Source: Mustelus asterias
Lineage: Eukaryota
Length of the DNA: 64,000 nucleotides
Direction of reading: 5' to 3'
NCBI RefSeq assembly: GCF_964213995.1
Contig: NW_027590135.1
Location: 1,054,001-1,118,000, forward strand
Position numbers and translations under genes: made by a program
Part shown: piece after piece, positions 49,865 through 62,611 of the stretch
How the letters are laid out: each line of letters begins with the position of its first letter
Position numbering within the stretch: position 1 is the first letter of the stretch
The notes under the pieces: model-generated
Told to the model about the DNA's origin: nothing
The model's input: the letters and a program-made list of their open reading frames with translations, nothing else
Database searches by the model: none

Positions 49865-51185
49865 AAATTCATTTGTGGGACATGGGCATCGCTGGCCAGC
49901 ATTTAATGCACATCCTGAGTTGCCCTTGTTCAGAGGACAGTTGAGTCAACCACAGTGCTGTGGCTCTGGAGTCACATGAAGGCCATACCGGGTAAGGACG
50001 GCAGATTTCCTCCCTAAAGTGAACCAGATAGGACCCTTGCTGTTTGTCATTTTCATAAATGACCTGGATGAGGAAGTGGAGGGATGGGTTGGTAAGTTTG
50101 CTGACGACACCAAGGTAGGTGGTGTTGTGGATAGTTTGGAGGGATGTCAGAAGTTGCAGCGAGACATAGATAGAATGCAAGACTGGGCGGAGAAGTGGCA
50201 GATGGACTTCAACCCGGATAAGTGTGTAGTGATCCATTTTGGCAGATCCAATGGGATGAAGCAGCAGTATAATATGAAGGGTACCATTCTTAGCAGTGTA
50301 GAGGATCAGAAGGACCTTGGGGTCCGGGTCCATAGGACTCTTAAATCGGCCTTGCAGGTGGAGGATGCGGTCAAGAAGGCGTACGGCGTACTAGCCTTCA
50401 TTAATCGAGGGATTGAGTTTAGGAGTCGGGAGATAATGCTGCAGCTTTATAGGACCCTGGTTAGACCCCACTTGGAGTACTGCGCGCAGTTCTGGTCACC
50501 TCATTACAGGAAAGATGTTGAAGCCATTGAAAGGGTGCAGAGGAGATTTACAAGGATGTTGCCTGGATTGGGGGGCATGCCTTATGAGGATAGGTTGAGG
50601 GAGCTTGGTCTCTTCTCCCTGGAGAGACGAAGGATGAGAGGTGACCTGATAGAGGTTTACAAGATGTTGAGAGGTCTGGATAGGGTAGACTCTCAGAGGC
50701 TATTTCCAAGGGCTGAAATGGTTGCTACGAGAGGACACAGGTTTAAGGTGCTGGGGGGTAGGTACAGAGGAGATGTCAGGGGTAAGTTTTTCACTCAGAG
50801 GGTGGTGGGTGAGTGGAATTGGCTGACGTCGGTGGTGGTGGAGGCAAACTCGTTGGGGTCTTTTAAGAGACTTCTGGATGAGTACATGGGATTTAATGGG
50901 ATTGCGGGCTATAGATAGGCCTAGAGGTAGGGATATGATCAGCGCAACTTGTGGGCCGAAGGGCCTGTTTGTGCTGTGGCTTTCTATGTTCTATGTTCAG
51001 ATAGGATTTTCTGACAATCGACAATAGCTTCACGGTCATCAGTAGATTCTTAATTCCAGATATTTTTTCATCAAATTTAAATTCCATCAACTGCTGTGGC
51101 AGGATTCGAACCCGGGTCCCCAGAACATTAGCTGAGTTTCTGGATTAATAGCATAGTGATAATACCACTCGGCCATCACCTCACC
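49865..51185 (-). mobile_element. Deu/SacSINE1-like SINE split by a CR1 insertion
   Basis: tRNA-like head at about 51095-51185; body resumes at 50024-49865. Confidence 0.6.
50034..50997 (+). mobile_element. young 5'-truncated CR1 with open RT C-terminus and 9-bp TSD
   Basis: PLLFVIFINDL...KFADDTK...NGIAGYR*; (TTCTATG)n tail; TSD CAGATAGGA at 50025-50033 and 50998-51006. Confidence 0.95.
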
Positions 51186-52196
51186 AGTGTACAAACATCA
51201 TTAACTGGTAGGTAAAGTAATAAAGCTAATAGTCTATGAAGGATTGGAATTTGTGTTACAGTTGCAGAAAACTCTGTTCAGACCCCATTTAGATCACTGT
51301 GTTCATCCCAGGAAGGTTAGATTGGCCTTGGAGTGGGAGCAGCAGAATTTCACCAGTGATGCCAGACTCAAATGATGAGGACAGATTGCAAAGACTAGTC
51401 CTGTAATAACCTGAACATGGAAGATTAAGTGGTGATGTGAGTGAGATGTTTACAATGAATGATTTGATAGGGTGCAGAGAGATAAACTGTTAGCTCTGAA
51501 TGGGGGAACCTCACCGTAAAATGAGATGAGACATTTCAGGGATAATTTAGACCATAAGACATAAGAATATAAGATATAAGAATTAGGCCACTCGGCCGTT
51601 TGAGTCTGCTCTGCCAATGAAGCATAGCTGATATTTTTCTCATCCCCATTGTTCTGCCTTTTCCCCATAATCCCTGATCCCCTTATTTAATTTCAGGGAA
51701 AGCTTCTTGATAGAGGATGGTGGGAATGTTGAATTGTCCACAAACAATTGTTAAAGCTGAGTTTATCAGGAAATTAACAAGCTGAAGATGACAAGCAGCC
51801 AGTAACATGAAGGTGGATAGTCAGAGTTTCTGTAGGTATTTAAACAATAAAAGAGTTAAAGTGAGCATTGGTTCTATCGAAAGTGCATCTGGGGAATTGA
51901 TAATGGAAAATAGGATATTGACAAATGAATTGAACAGGTAGTTTTCATTTGTGTTCACTATAGAGGACACAAGTAACATCCCAAAAATAGCTGGAAATCA
52001 GCAAATGGAAGGGTGGGAGGAACTCAGGAAAATTGCAATCACCAGAGAAAGTGGTATTGAGCAAATTGTCGGATCTGGAGGCTGACAAATCCCTGCGTCC
52101 GAATGGGCTTCACACTCAGGACATGAAATCAGTGGCTAATGAGATAGCTAATGCATTTGTTTTAATTTTGCAAAATTCCCTGGCTTCAGAGAATGT

Positions 52197-52382
52197 GATG
52201 TGGAGATGCCGGCATTGGACTGGGGGTGGGGCGGGGGGGGAGGGGGGGGGGGGTGGTAAGCACAATAAGAAGTCTCACAACACCAGGTTAATGTCCAACA
52301 GGTTTATTTTACTACAAAGTAAACCTTGTGCTACCAAATAAACCTATTGGACTTTAACCTGGTGATGTGAGACTTCTCATTG
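52197..52382. mobile_element. fold-back Penelope-derived element lacking the hammerhead core, 12-bp TSD
   Basis: TSD TTCAGAGAATGT at 52185-52196 and 52383-52394; inverted terminal motifs. A second terminal fragment lies at about 52490-52620. Confidence 0.8.
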
Positions 52383-53074
52383 TTCAGAGAATGTTCCATT
52401 AGAATGAAATATAGAAAGTGTAACACCTTTATTCAAAAAGAGATGGAGAGAGAAAACAGGGAACTACAGGCTGTTACCCTGACAGCTGTTCGACGACGAA
52501 GGGGCAGCCTGTTCCGAAAGCTGGTGGCTTTTGCTACCAAATAAACCTGTTGGACTTTAACCTGGTGTTGTCAGACTTCTTCCTCTGTTTACCCCAGTCC
52601 AACGCCAGCATCTCCACATCTTTTTCTGGGTGGCAGGATATGTCGAATGGTGTATCTGTACCAGGGCCACAACTTTTTACAATTTATAAAAATGACTTTG
52701 ATGAAGGGACTGAAGATACGGTTGTTAAATTTGCTGACAGCATAAAGATTGACAAGAAATTTATTGCAAAGTGTACGTAAGGAGGCTACAAAAGGAAACA
52801 GAAAAGTTACGTGAATTGGCAAAATGTGGCAAATGAGGCAAATTGCGAGGATAAAACAGTGGATGAAAAATTGAGACTTTCAAAGTTGAGATGAATAAGG
52901 TGCCAGCCAGGTACATAGCCACCAGAAATATCCTGGTAGGATATTTAGAGTCACATGGACAAAAATGTCTGTCTCTCCTGCTCTGTTTGATTGATGGATT
53001 GAAAATGTGTCTGCAACTATTTCTGCTCTCTGAGACCGTTGAACTAATAAGATGTCTGTGTGTCAGGAATTGGT

Positions 53075-54275
53075 TGCATTCTTGGACATACACATCTCCA
53101 TCAAGGACGGTCACCTCAGCACTTCACTGTACCGCAAGCTCATGGATAACCTCATGATGCTCCACTTCTCCAGCTTCCATCCTATCCACGTTAAAGAAGC
53201 CGTCCTCTGTGGACAAGCCCTCTGTATACACAGGATCTGCTCAGATGAGGAGTGTTGCAACAGACACCTACAGACGCTGAAAGATGCCCTCATAAGAACA
53301 GGATATGGTGCTCGACTCATCGGTCGACAGTTCCGATGTGCCACAGAAGACAAACACAGGACACGATAGACAGAGTACCCTTCATTGTCCAGTACTTCCC
53401 CGGAGCGGAGAAGCTACGACACCTTCTCCGGAGCCTTCAACATGTCAAGTATGAAGACGAACATCTCGCCAAGGCCATCCCCACACCCCCACTTCTCGCC
53501 TTCAAACAACCGCATAACCTCAAACAGACCATTGTCTGCAGCAAATTACCCAGCATTCAGGAGAACATTGACCACAACACCACACAACCCTGCCACAGCA
53601 ACCTCTGTAAATGTGCCGCATCATTGACACTGATGCCACCATCTCACGTGAGAACACCATCCACTACGCACATGGTACATATTCTTGCGAGTCGGCCAAT
53701 GTTGTCGACCTGATACGCTGCAGGAAAGGATGTCCCAAGGCATGGCACATTGAAAAGACTATGCAGACGCTATGACAACGGATGAATGAACACCACTCAA
53801 CAATCGCCAGGCAGGAGTGCTTCCTTCCTGTCGGGGTACAGTTCAGCAGTCATGGGCATTCAGCCTCTGATCTTCGAGTAAGCGTTCTCCAAGGTGGCCT
53901 TCACGACACATGACAATGCAGAATCACGGAGCAGAAACTGATAGCCAAGTTCCGCACACATGAGTACGGCCTCAACCGGGACCTTGGGATCATGTCACAC
54001 TATCTGTAACCCCCACAACTTGTCTGCGCAAAATATCAATAACTGTCCTGGCTGGAGACAATACACACCTCTTCAACCAGTGCTTGGCCCTCTCTCCACT
54101 TACACTGTCTGTAATTTTAAGACTTGATTACCTGTAAAGACTCGCATTCTAACCATTATCTTGTAAACTGAGTTTGTGCCTGTATATGCCCTGTTTGTGA
54201 ACCCATCTCCTCACTCACCTGAAGGAGCCTGAGTCTCCGAAAGCTTGTGCTGCCAAATAAACCTGTTGGACTTTG
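53075..54275 (+). mobile_element. Penelope-like element fragment (RT C-terminus, GIY-YIG, 3' UTR), disrupted
   Basis: VAFLDIHISIKDGHLSTSLYRK, LHFSSFHP, IHRICS, PLLAFKQPHNLKQ; homologous to 6585-7345; core-deleted hammerhead at 54216-54249. Confidence 0.9.
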
Positions 54276-54791
54276 ACAAAACATCAGTAAACAAATCAGA
54301 AACAGATCAATCCACCGTGACAAGAACACCATCTCTGACTCCCTGCTGCCAGGAAGCAGCCCTTTCACTGATCCTGTGAGCTTATGTGTTAAATCTGTAT
54401 GGTCTTGAGAGAAAAGGGACAATCTTTATCAGAATGGAATAAAGTCTGAGTTTGCACAGATGGTTATTTGCTGCACAAAAAATGGCGCAAATGATGAAAT
54501 TATTGATTAACAACTGAAATCAGAACCTGGGTTCCAGATATTAACTATTAATAAAAAGCAGCAACTTGCATGCATTAAAATACTGCCTGTGACAATACTG
54601 TCGTAATGTGGATGGTGTATTCGCCTGATGAATTCCTCTGTATCTGCTGCGAGACTGATGGGGTCTATTTACTATCGCACACAGGGGGAACTACGGATTG
54701 ATAAAACAAAGCGGGAAACAGCTGGCCTGTGAATAGCACCGCAGCATCTGAGGGACAGACAATAGATCGCCCTTTTCCAGAAAAAGTGAGT

Positions 54792-54807
54792 GGCTCTGAA
54801 AAGAGCC
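54792..54807 (-). promoter_or_regulatory. histone 3' stem-loop (H2A copy 2)
   Basis: Reverse complement GGCTCTTTTCAGAGCC. Confidence 0.95.
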
Positions 54808-54838
54808 TTTGGGGTTATCAGATTAAAGAATGGCCGCT

Positions 54839-55228
<390 letters not shown>

Positions 55229-56336
55229 TTACACAATCTCACAAACACTTTCACAAAGAATGCTGAAATCCACTCCCTTTCGCTTCTCTTATAGCTCCGG
55301 GAGGAATGGAGGTGCGGACATTGCTGATTGGTCACTTTGTTGCTGCCTCTCAGCATCTTGTTCATATGACCAATCAGAAATCTGCTTAACTCACCAATCC
55401 GGAGAGCCCACGGAGTGAGGGCGGAAAATAACGGCGCCAAAATCTCAGATTCCAACCGATTTCATTTCAAACTGTAAAAGCCGCCAAAGCGGAAAAGAAC
55501 AAGAGTTTCGGAAATTATACGAATAGGTAATGGTTAATTAATTTTGAGTAATGTAAGAATCTCCCTTTCTCTCCTTCCCCAGTCTATAGTTAACCTGTAT
55601 CTGGCAGTTTCTGATTTTCAGCCTGGGTTTTTCGGAAAATAAGTCGAAAATAACAAAATTTTCACGATTCATTTTTGAAAAGTTCGCAGATGTATTTATA
55701 AAACAAGAAATACATTTCAAATAAACTCTCAATAATTAACTGTCTAACAACAAAGTGTTTAAAACATCAGTCGGTGTTTGCACCATTTCACATTTTATCC
55801 CAAGTTGCAGATTTGCTTTTAGAATCCTGGATCCATTCGGGGTTAATCTCGGCCCTTTTTAAAACTCGAACTCGCCGCCAGAAAGTCTCATTGACATCGT
55901 TCTGTAAACGGACGGGATGTTCTCCATATTCGTGAGAATCAAGAGGGGAGTGAACATTTTCGGTGTAAATTGACCAGTGCCGAGACGGAGGTTCCTGCAA
56001 CAACCGGGGCGGAGAGGGAATAAACTGATCGATTATTAAGACCAAACTGGAACAGAATTGGAAGCTGACACATTTGCTCCATTCGCTCTCTCTCTCTCTC
56101 TAAAGTCGGGGAAACGGGTCGAAATGGGCCTCTGAGATCTAAGTGCAGAGGCGGTCGGAAACCAATTAATTAATTAATGAAACATTATCAATCAGACGCT
56201 GGGCGATCAACTTGCATTACTCAGTACCTATCATTGATCAACAGTAAAACAACAATTAGATTGTTCGAGACGCTTCAGAGTGAAAGATTAATTGAAACTA
56301 AATGGATGATACAGCTTTTGCAGGGAGATTGTGGGT

Positions 56337-56352
56337 GGCTCTTAAAAGAGCC
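56337..56352 (-). promoter_or_regulatory. histone 3' stem-loop (H2B remnant)
   Basis: Reverse complement GGCTCTTTTAAGAGCC, then ACCCA and AAAAGCTG. Confidence 0.95.
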
Positions 56353-56388
56353 GTTGTGTTTGGGGTGTTTTTCAGTCCATGGGGAGTT

Positions 56389-56466
56389 TTACTTGGAGCT
56401 GGTGTACTTGGTCACCGCCTTTGTCCCTTCCGACACGGCGTGCTTGGCCAGTTCCCCGGGCAGCAG
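56389..56466 (-). pseudogene. H2B: histone H2B C-terminal remnant
   Basis: [25 protein letters not shown] only; upstream sequence is CR1. Confidence 0.93.
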
Positions 56467-57232
56467 TACAATATAGAGGGAAAGACTCTTAGTACTGTAG
56501 AGGGTCTGAAGGACCTTGGGGTCCGGGTCCATAGGACTCCGAAATCGGCCCCGCAGGTGGAGGAGGTGGTTAAGAAGGCGTATGGTGTGCTGGCCTTCAT
56601 CAATTGAGGGATTGAGTTTAAGAGTCCGGGGATAATGATGCAGCTTTATAAGACCCTCGTCAGACCCCACTTGGAGTACTGTGCTCAGTTCTGGTCGCCT
56701 CACGATAGGAAGGATGTGGAAAAGATTGAAAGGGTGCAGAGGAGATTTACAAGGATGTTGCCTGGATTGAGTGGCATGCCTTATGAGGATAGGCTGAGGG
56801 AGCTCGGTCTTTTCTCCTTGGAGAGACAAAGGATGAGAAGAGACCTAATAGAGGTGTATAAGATGTTGAGAGGCATAGATCGGGTGGAAATGTCTGCTAT
56901 GAGAGGACACAGGTTTCGGGTGCTGCGGGGTAGGTACAGGCATCAAGATAGATAAGTCGCTGGGTCCGGATGGGATGTACCCCAGGTTACTGTGGGAGGC
57001 AAGGGAAGAGATTGCAGAGCCTCTGGCGATGATCTTTGCGTCGTCGATGGAGACGGGAGAGGTGCCGGAGGATTGGAGGACTGCGGATGTGGTTCCTATT
57101 TTCAAGAAGGGGAATAGGGATAGCCCAGGTAATTACCGACCGGTGAGTCTAACCTCAGTGGTTAGTAAACTGATGGAGAAAATCCTGAGGGACAGGATAT
57201 ATGAGCATTTAGAGAGGTTTAGTCTGCTCAAG
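56467..57232 (+). mobile_element. rearranged CR1 ORF2 pieces (RT end 56467-56940, then an earlier ORF2 segment 56941-57232)
   Basis: [12 protein letters not shown]...RGHRFRV followed by MYPRLLWEAREEIAEPL...PGNYRPVSLTS; nearly identical to the 22361-26560 family; no 3' tail. Confidence 0.9.
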
Positions 57233-57655
57233 ATCCCTCCACATGCCTGTTCTTCCTGGACTGCTCAGTGGTCACCCATTTCCTTCTCTCCTCTAGTACC
57301 TTGAGCTGTGCTGTGACCATCTCTCTAAATGTGCTGTCCACATAACTCTCAGCCTCTCAAATGCATCACAGTCTCTCCAGCTGCTCCTCAAGGTCCGAAA
57401 CCTGGAGCTCTAGTTTCTGCAGCTGGGAACACTTCCTGCACATGTGGTCATTCAAGACAATGGCAGCATCCAAGACTCCCCACATGAGACAAACCACACA
57501 TTCCACTCAGCTGTCTTCACCTGACGTGTCTTCAATGTAAAATTTACACCTTATACTAGAACAAATCAGATGTCGTGATGCCGGCATTGGACTGGGGTGG
57601 GCACGGTAAGAAGTCTCACAACACCAGTTTCAAGTCGAACAGGTTTATTTGGTAG

Positions 57656-57690
57656 CACGAGCTTTCGGAGCACTTCTCCTTCCTCAGGTG
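57656..57690 (-). ncRNA. minimal type I hammerhead ribozyme motif
   Basis: CAC CUGAGGA A GGAG-AAGUG-CUCC GAAA GCUC GUG. Confidence 0.75.
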
Positions 57691-57785
57691 AGTGGAGAAT
57701 TGGGTTCACAAACAGGCCATAGATAGACATGTTTCTATATATGCCCTGTTTGTGAATCCAACTCTCCACTCACCTGAGGAAGGAG

Positions 57786-58091
57786 TGTTTCTTCAGAAGG
57801 AACTCTTCAAAATGCAGCGAGTGAAAATACAACAAAACTTACTCAATCTTATAAATCAAAGAACGGGTTTAATAAAGAAACATCATTACTCCAAACTTGG
57901 GGCCCCACCCTGGGCCACTCCAAGCTCCCCACAATTTGACACAGATTCTTATTTATAGTGAATCAGCTCATCAGCTGACTATTACATCACTCTGATTGGT
58001 TCCATGCTTTGTTGGGTCAGCTGACCCTTACATCTTGTTCCCATTGGTCACATTACATCCAATCAAAGTTGTCCCCTGTTACACTCTAACA
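57786..58091 (-). mobile_element. solo LTR (306 bp) with 5-bp TSD
   Basis: TGTT...AACA termini; TSD AGGAG at 57781-57785 and 58092-58096; CCAAT, TATAAAT and ATTAAA in order on the - strand. Confidence 0.8.
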
Positions 58092-58229
58092 AGGAGCAGC
58101 GCTCTGAAAGCTCATGCCACCAAAAAAACCAGATGGACGTTAACCCAGTATTGTGAGACTTCTTGCTAGAACAAATAAAGATAATATATAATAATTTTCC
58201 CAATAAATAACGTGCTTCGTTTAGCTTCA

Positions 58230-59930
58230 GCTAAATATGTAGATGTGCTTGAAACAGTTCAGAGAAGGTTTACGGTATTAATACCAGGAAGGAGCGGGTT
58301 GTCTCGTGAGGAAATGTTGGAGGGGATAAATTTGCATGCGAGAGGTTCGAAGAGTAAGTGTCGACTGGATTGAAACTTTTCAGATCTGAGTGGTCTTGAC
58401 AGGATGGATGTGGAGAGCATATTTCCTCTTGTGGGAGAATCTAGAATGAGGGGTCACAGTTTAAAAATAAACGGTCATCCATTTAAGGCACAGATGAGGC
58501 GAGATTATTTTCTCTCAGAGGGTTGTGTGTCGATGGAACTCCCTTCCTCAAAAGGCAAAGCAAGCAAAGTCTTTCAATATTTTGATTGCAGAGGTGGATA
58601 GAAAATCATAGAATACCTACAGTGTCGACAAAGGCCATTTGGCCCCTCGGGTTTGCACCAATTTTCCAACAGAGCATCTTTCTGAGGCCCACTCCTTGCT
58701 GCAAACCTGTAACCCCATGCATTTACCCTGCTAATCCCCCTAACCTACACATCTTGGGACACAAAGAAGCAAGTTAGCATGGTCAATCCACCTAACCTGC
58801 ACATCTTTGGAATGTGTGAGGAAACTGGAGCGTAGAAACATAGAAATCAGAAGGAGGAGTAGGCCATTCAGCCCATCGAGCCTGCTCCACAATTCATTCT
58901 GATCATTGAATTCAATATCCTGATCCCCACTCTCCCCCCCCCCCCCCCCCCCCCCGCCCTATCCCTTGATCCCTTTGAACCCAAGAGCTATATCTAATTT
59001 CTTCTTGAAACCAGACAACGTTTTGGCCTCAACTACATTCTGTGGTCGTGAATTCTGCACATTCACCACCCTCTGGGTGAGGAAATTTCTCCTCACCTAA
59101 GTTCTAAAAGCTTCACCCCTTATCCTCAACCAAGACCCCTAGTTCTGGACTCCCCCACCATTTAGAACATTCTTTCCAGCCAACTTAGTCTCTCTGAATC
59201 CTAAGCGATTAAGTCTCTCATCATATGACAGATCTGCCAGTCCATGAATCAGCCAAGTAAACTTCAATTGTACTCTCTCTATAGCAAGGACATCCTTCCT
59301 CAGATAAGGACACCAAAAGTGCACACAATACTCCAGGTGTGGCCTCACCAACGCCCTACACAATTGCAGCAAAACATCCCTATCTCTGTACTCAAATCCT
59401 CTCGCTATTAAGGTCAACATACCATTTGTCATCTTTACTGCCTGCTGTACCTGCGCTCTTACTTTCAGCAACTGATGCATGAGGACTCCAACCTCTCATT
59501 GAATATCCACCTCTCTAAATTTACAACCATTCATGTATAATAATCTTTTTTCCGATTCCTTCTACCAAAACGGATAACCTCACATTTATCCACATTATAC
59601 TGCATCTGACATGCGATGCCCATGCACTCAGCTTGTCCAAATCACACTGAAGTAACTCTGCATCCTCCTCACAGCTTACCCTCCCACCCAACTTTGTATC
59701 ATCTGCAAATTTGGAGACAATACATTCAGTTCCCTCTTCGAAATGATTAATATATAATGTGAACAGTTGGGGTCCGAGCACTGATCCCTGCAGAACCCCA
59801 CTCGTCACTGACTGCCACTCAGAAAAAGCACCCAAAGGAACAAATGTTGACACAGGGAGAATGTGCAAATTCCAGACAGTCACCCAAGGTTGGAATTGAA
59901 CCCGGCTCCCTGGTTCTATGAGGAAGCAAG
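58230..59930. mobile_element. nested CR1 and HE1 fragments (CR1 + about 58230-58600; SINE - about 58605-58830 and 59835-59930; CR1 - about 58835-59830)
   Basis: GVLQGSVLGPQLFTLYIN...KFADDTK; CACCTAACCTGCACATCTTTGG. Confidence 0.8.
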
Positions 59931-61049
59931 GAGGTGAAAGATTATCGGGGATAGGTAAGGATGTGGGTTTGAAGTTACAATCAGACCAGTCATGATCATA
60001 TTGAATGGTGGAGCAGGCTCAAGGGGCCAAGTGACCGACGCCTGCTCCTAATTCATACATTCATCTGTCTGGGAATTTTTGAAATATGTTCAAGAGAATT
60101 TCTTGGACCAGAGTATTCTCAAGAAACTCTGAACAAAGCATTGCTGGATCTGGTGCTGGGGAATGGGGTGGGCCAAGGTTGGCCACATGAATCAAGTGTC
60201 TGTGTTTTTATCCAGTGATCATTGGATCACAAGCTTGACATTAGCAAGGAACAATCTCAAGTAGACATTCTAAATTGGAAGAGGACTAACTTCAATGCTT
60301 CAGTGCTTCTTAGTCTGCTCCTTCTCCAGTATTATCCATCACTCTCCCTCCTTTCTGCCCTTATTCCTTTCTGCTACTTCTATATGCTGATGTCAAACCC
60401 GCTGCCAATTTAGTCAAAACCCTCACCAACCAGACGACTGAACCATAAACCAACAGCAATATTGTGCTTGGGGCCTGTGCTTGCAGAGCACAATGGAACA
60501 GAACTCCAGCAAGTGAACCTCTTGGCCATCTCTGCTGGGTGTGTGAGTGACACTTACTCTGTGTGAGGAGCTGGCTGCAATTCTCCTTGTGTGAAAGAAT
60601 CTCTCTACTTATTCTGCTGGTTTCAACTCTTTGCCTGTCAGAAGGAAAAATGTTGATTAAATTTAAGGGGATAGGTAGAAAATACGCTATACATTGAGTA
60701 TTTTATCAATTGCTTATCAAGCACAAAGGAAGAACAGTCAAACAGAGTCAGTGTGTGATTCCACTGCCGTTCTGCAGCACATGCACTGAAATACAGGAAC
60801 AGAGACTGACAGATGCAGAATAAAATGAACACACTGATATTGTGGAGGAGAGGGATACAAACAAAAATAAAACTAATACCACCAAGAAGAGAATTATTAC
60901 TACATGCAGTCACATGCACCACCTTTGGACAGACACACAATGAGACCCAGATACAGAATGAATCATAAACTCAGATATGTTCTCATCCATTCACAGATAC
61001 AAATCCCACACTCACATGCTCTGTCAGTGAGTAAATCCCACACTAAGTT

Positions 61050-62230
61050 TTAAAGTTCTTTGAGGGGGGTAAAAGGAAGTTCGATAAAGGAGAACCAGTG
61101 GACGTGATTTATTTAGATTTCCAGAAGGCCTTCTGACATGGTGCTGAGTCGGAGACTGCGAAATAAGTTAAGACCCATGGTGTTAAGGGTAAGATCCAGG
61201 CATGGATAGAGGATTGGCTGACTGGCCGAAGGCAGAGAGTGGGGATAAAGAGGTCTGTTTCAGGATGGCAGCCGATGTTGGGTGGTGTGCCTCAGGGATC
61301 AGTGCTGGGACCACAACTTTTCACCATATACATTAACAATTTGGAAGCAGGAAGTGAAAGCTCTGTTGCTAAGTTTGCAGATGATACAAATATATGGAGA
61401 GGAACAGGTAGTACTGAGGAAGCAGGGGGGGCTGCAGAAGGACTTGGACAGGATAGGAGAGTGGGCAAAAAAGTGGCAGATGGAATACAATGTGGAAAAG
61501 TGTGAGGTTATGCACTTTGGAGGGAGGAATGGAGGCATAGACTATTTTCTAAATGGGGAAATGCTGAGGAAATCAGAAGCGCAAAGGGACTTGGGAGTCC
61601 TTGTTCAAGATTCTCTTAAGGTTAACCGGCAGGGTCAGTTGGCAGTTCGGAAGGCAAATGCAACGTTAGCATTTCTGTCAAGAGGGATACAATACAAGAG
61701 CAGTGATATACTTCTGAGGCTGTACAAAGCTCCAGTCACACCCCATTTGCAGTACTGTGAGCAGCTTTGGGTCCCGTATCTAGGGAAGGATGTGCTGGCC
61801 TTGGAAAGGGCCCAGAGGAGGTTCACAAGAATGATCCCTGGAATGAAAAGCTTGTCATATGAGGAACGGTTGAGGACTCTGGGTCTGTACTCATTGAAGT
61901 TCACAAGGATGAGGGGGGACCTTATTGAAACTTATAGGATACTGTGAGGCCTGGATAGAGTGGACATGGAGAGCTTGTTTGCAACATCAGGAAAAACTAG
62001 AACCAGAGGGCACAACCTCAGGCTAAAGGGACGATCCTTTAAAACAGAGATGTGGAGTAATTTCTTCAGCCAGGGACTGGTGAATCTGTGGAACTCTTTG
62101 TCGCAGAAGGCTGTGGAGGCCAAGTCATTGAGTGTTTTTAAGACAGAGATAAATAGACTTGATTAATAAGGGGACCAGGGATTATGGGGAAAAGGCAGGA
62201 GAACGGGGAAGAGAAAAATATCAGTCATGA
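61050..62230 (+). mobile_element. CR1 RT 3' fragment with frameshifts
   Basis: GGVPQGSVLGPQLFTIYIN, KFADDT, WAKKWQMEYNVEKC, TRGHNLRL. Confidence 0.93.
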
Positions 62231-62250
62231 TTGGCGGATAAGACTCGATG

Positions 62251-62580
62251 GGGCGGCACGGTAGCACAGTGGTTAGCACTGCTGCTTCACAGCTCCAGGG
62301 ACCTGGGTTCGATTCCCGGCTTGGGTCACTGTCTGTGTGGAGTTTGCACATTCTCCTCGTGTTTGCGTGGGTTTCCTCCGGGTGCTCCGGTTTCCTCCCA
62401 CAGTCCAAAGATGTGCAGGTTAGGTTGATTGGCCAGGTTAAAATTGCCCCTGAGATGCGTAGGTTAGAGGGATTAGCGGGTAAATATGTGGGGGTAGGGC
62501 CTGGGTGGGATTGTGGTCGGTGCAGACTCGATGGGCCGAATGGCCTCCTTCTGCACTGTAGGGTTTCTATGATTCTATGA
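62251..62580 (+). mobile_element. full-length HE1-like V-SINE
   Basis: GGGCGGCACGGTAGCACAGTGGTTAGCACTGCTGC head with B box GGTTCGATTCC; V core; CR1-type (ATTCTATG) tail. Confidence 0.92.
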
Positions 62581-62611
62581 GTGGCCTAATTCTGCTCCGA
62601 TAACTTATGGT

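Larger units (their letters stand above)
57567..58165. mobile_element. fold-back Penelope-derived element with 11-bp TSD, interrupted by a solo LTR
   Basis: TSD CTAGAACAAAT at 57556-57566 and 58166-58176; palindrome centred near 57731. Confidence 0.85.

Noticed and set aside
51095-51185. tRNA-like sequence on the - strand
   Set aside because: Head of a tRNA-derived SINE, continuous with the SINE body.
56389-56829. Apparent 146-aa CR1-H2B fusion protein
   Set aside because: Antisense CR1 frame that happens to be in frame with the H2B remnant; no promoter or credible start.
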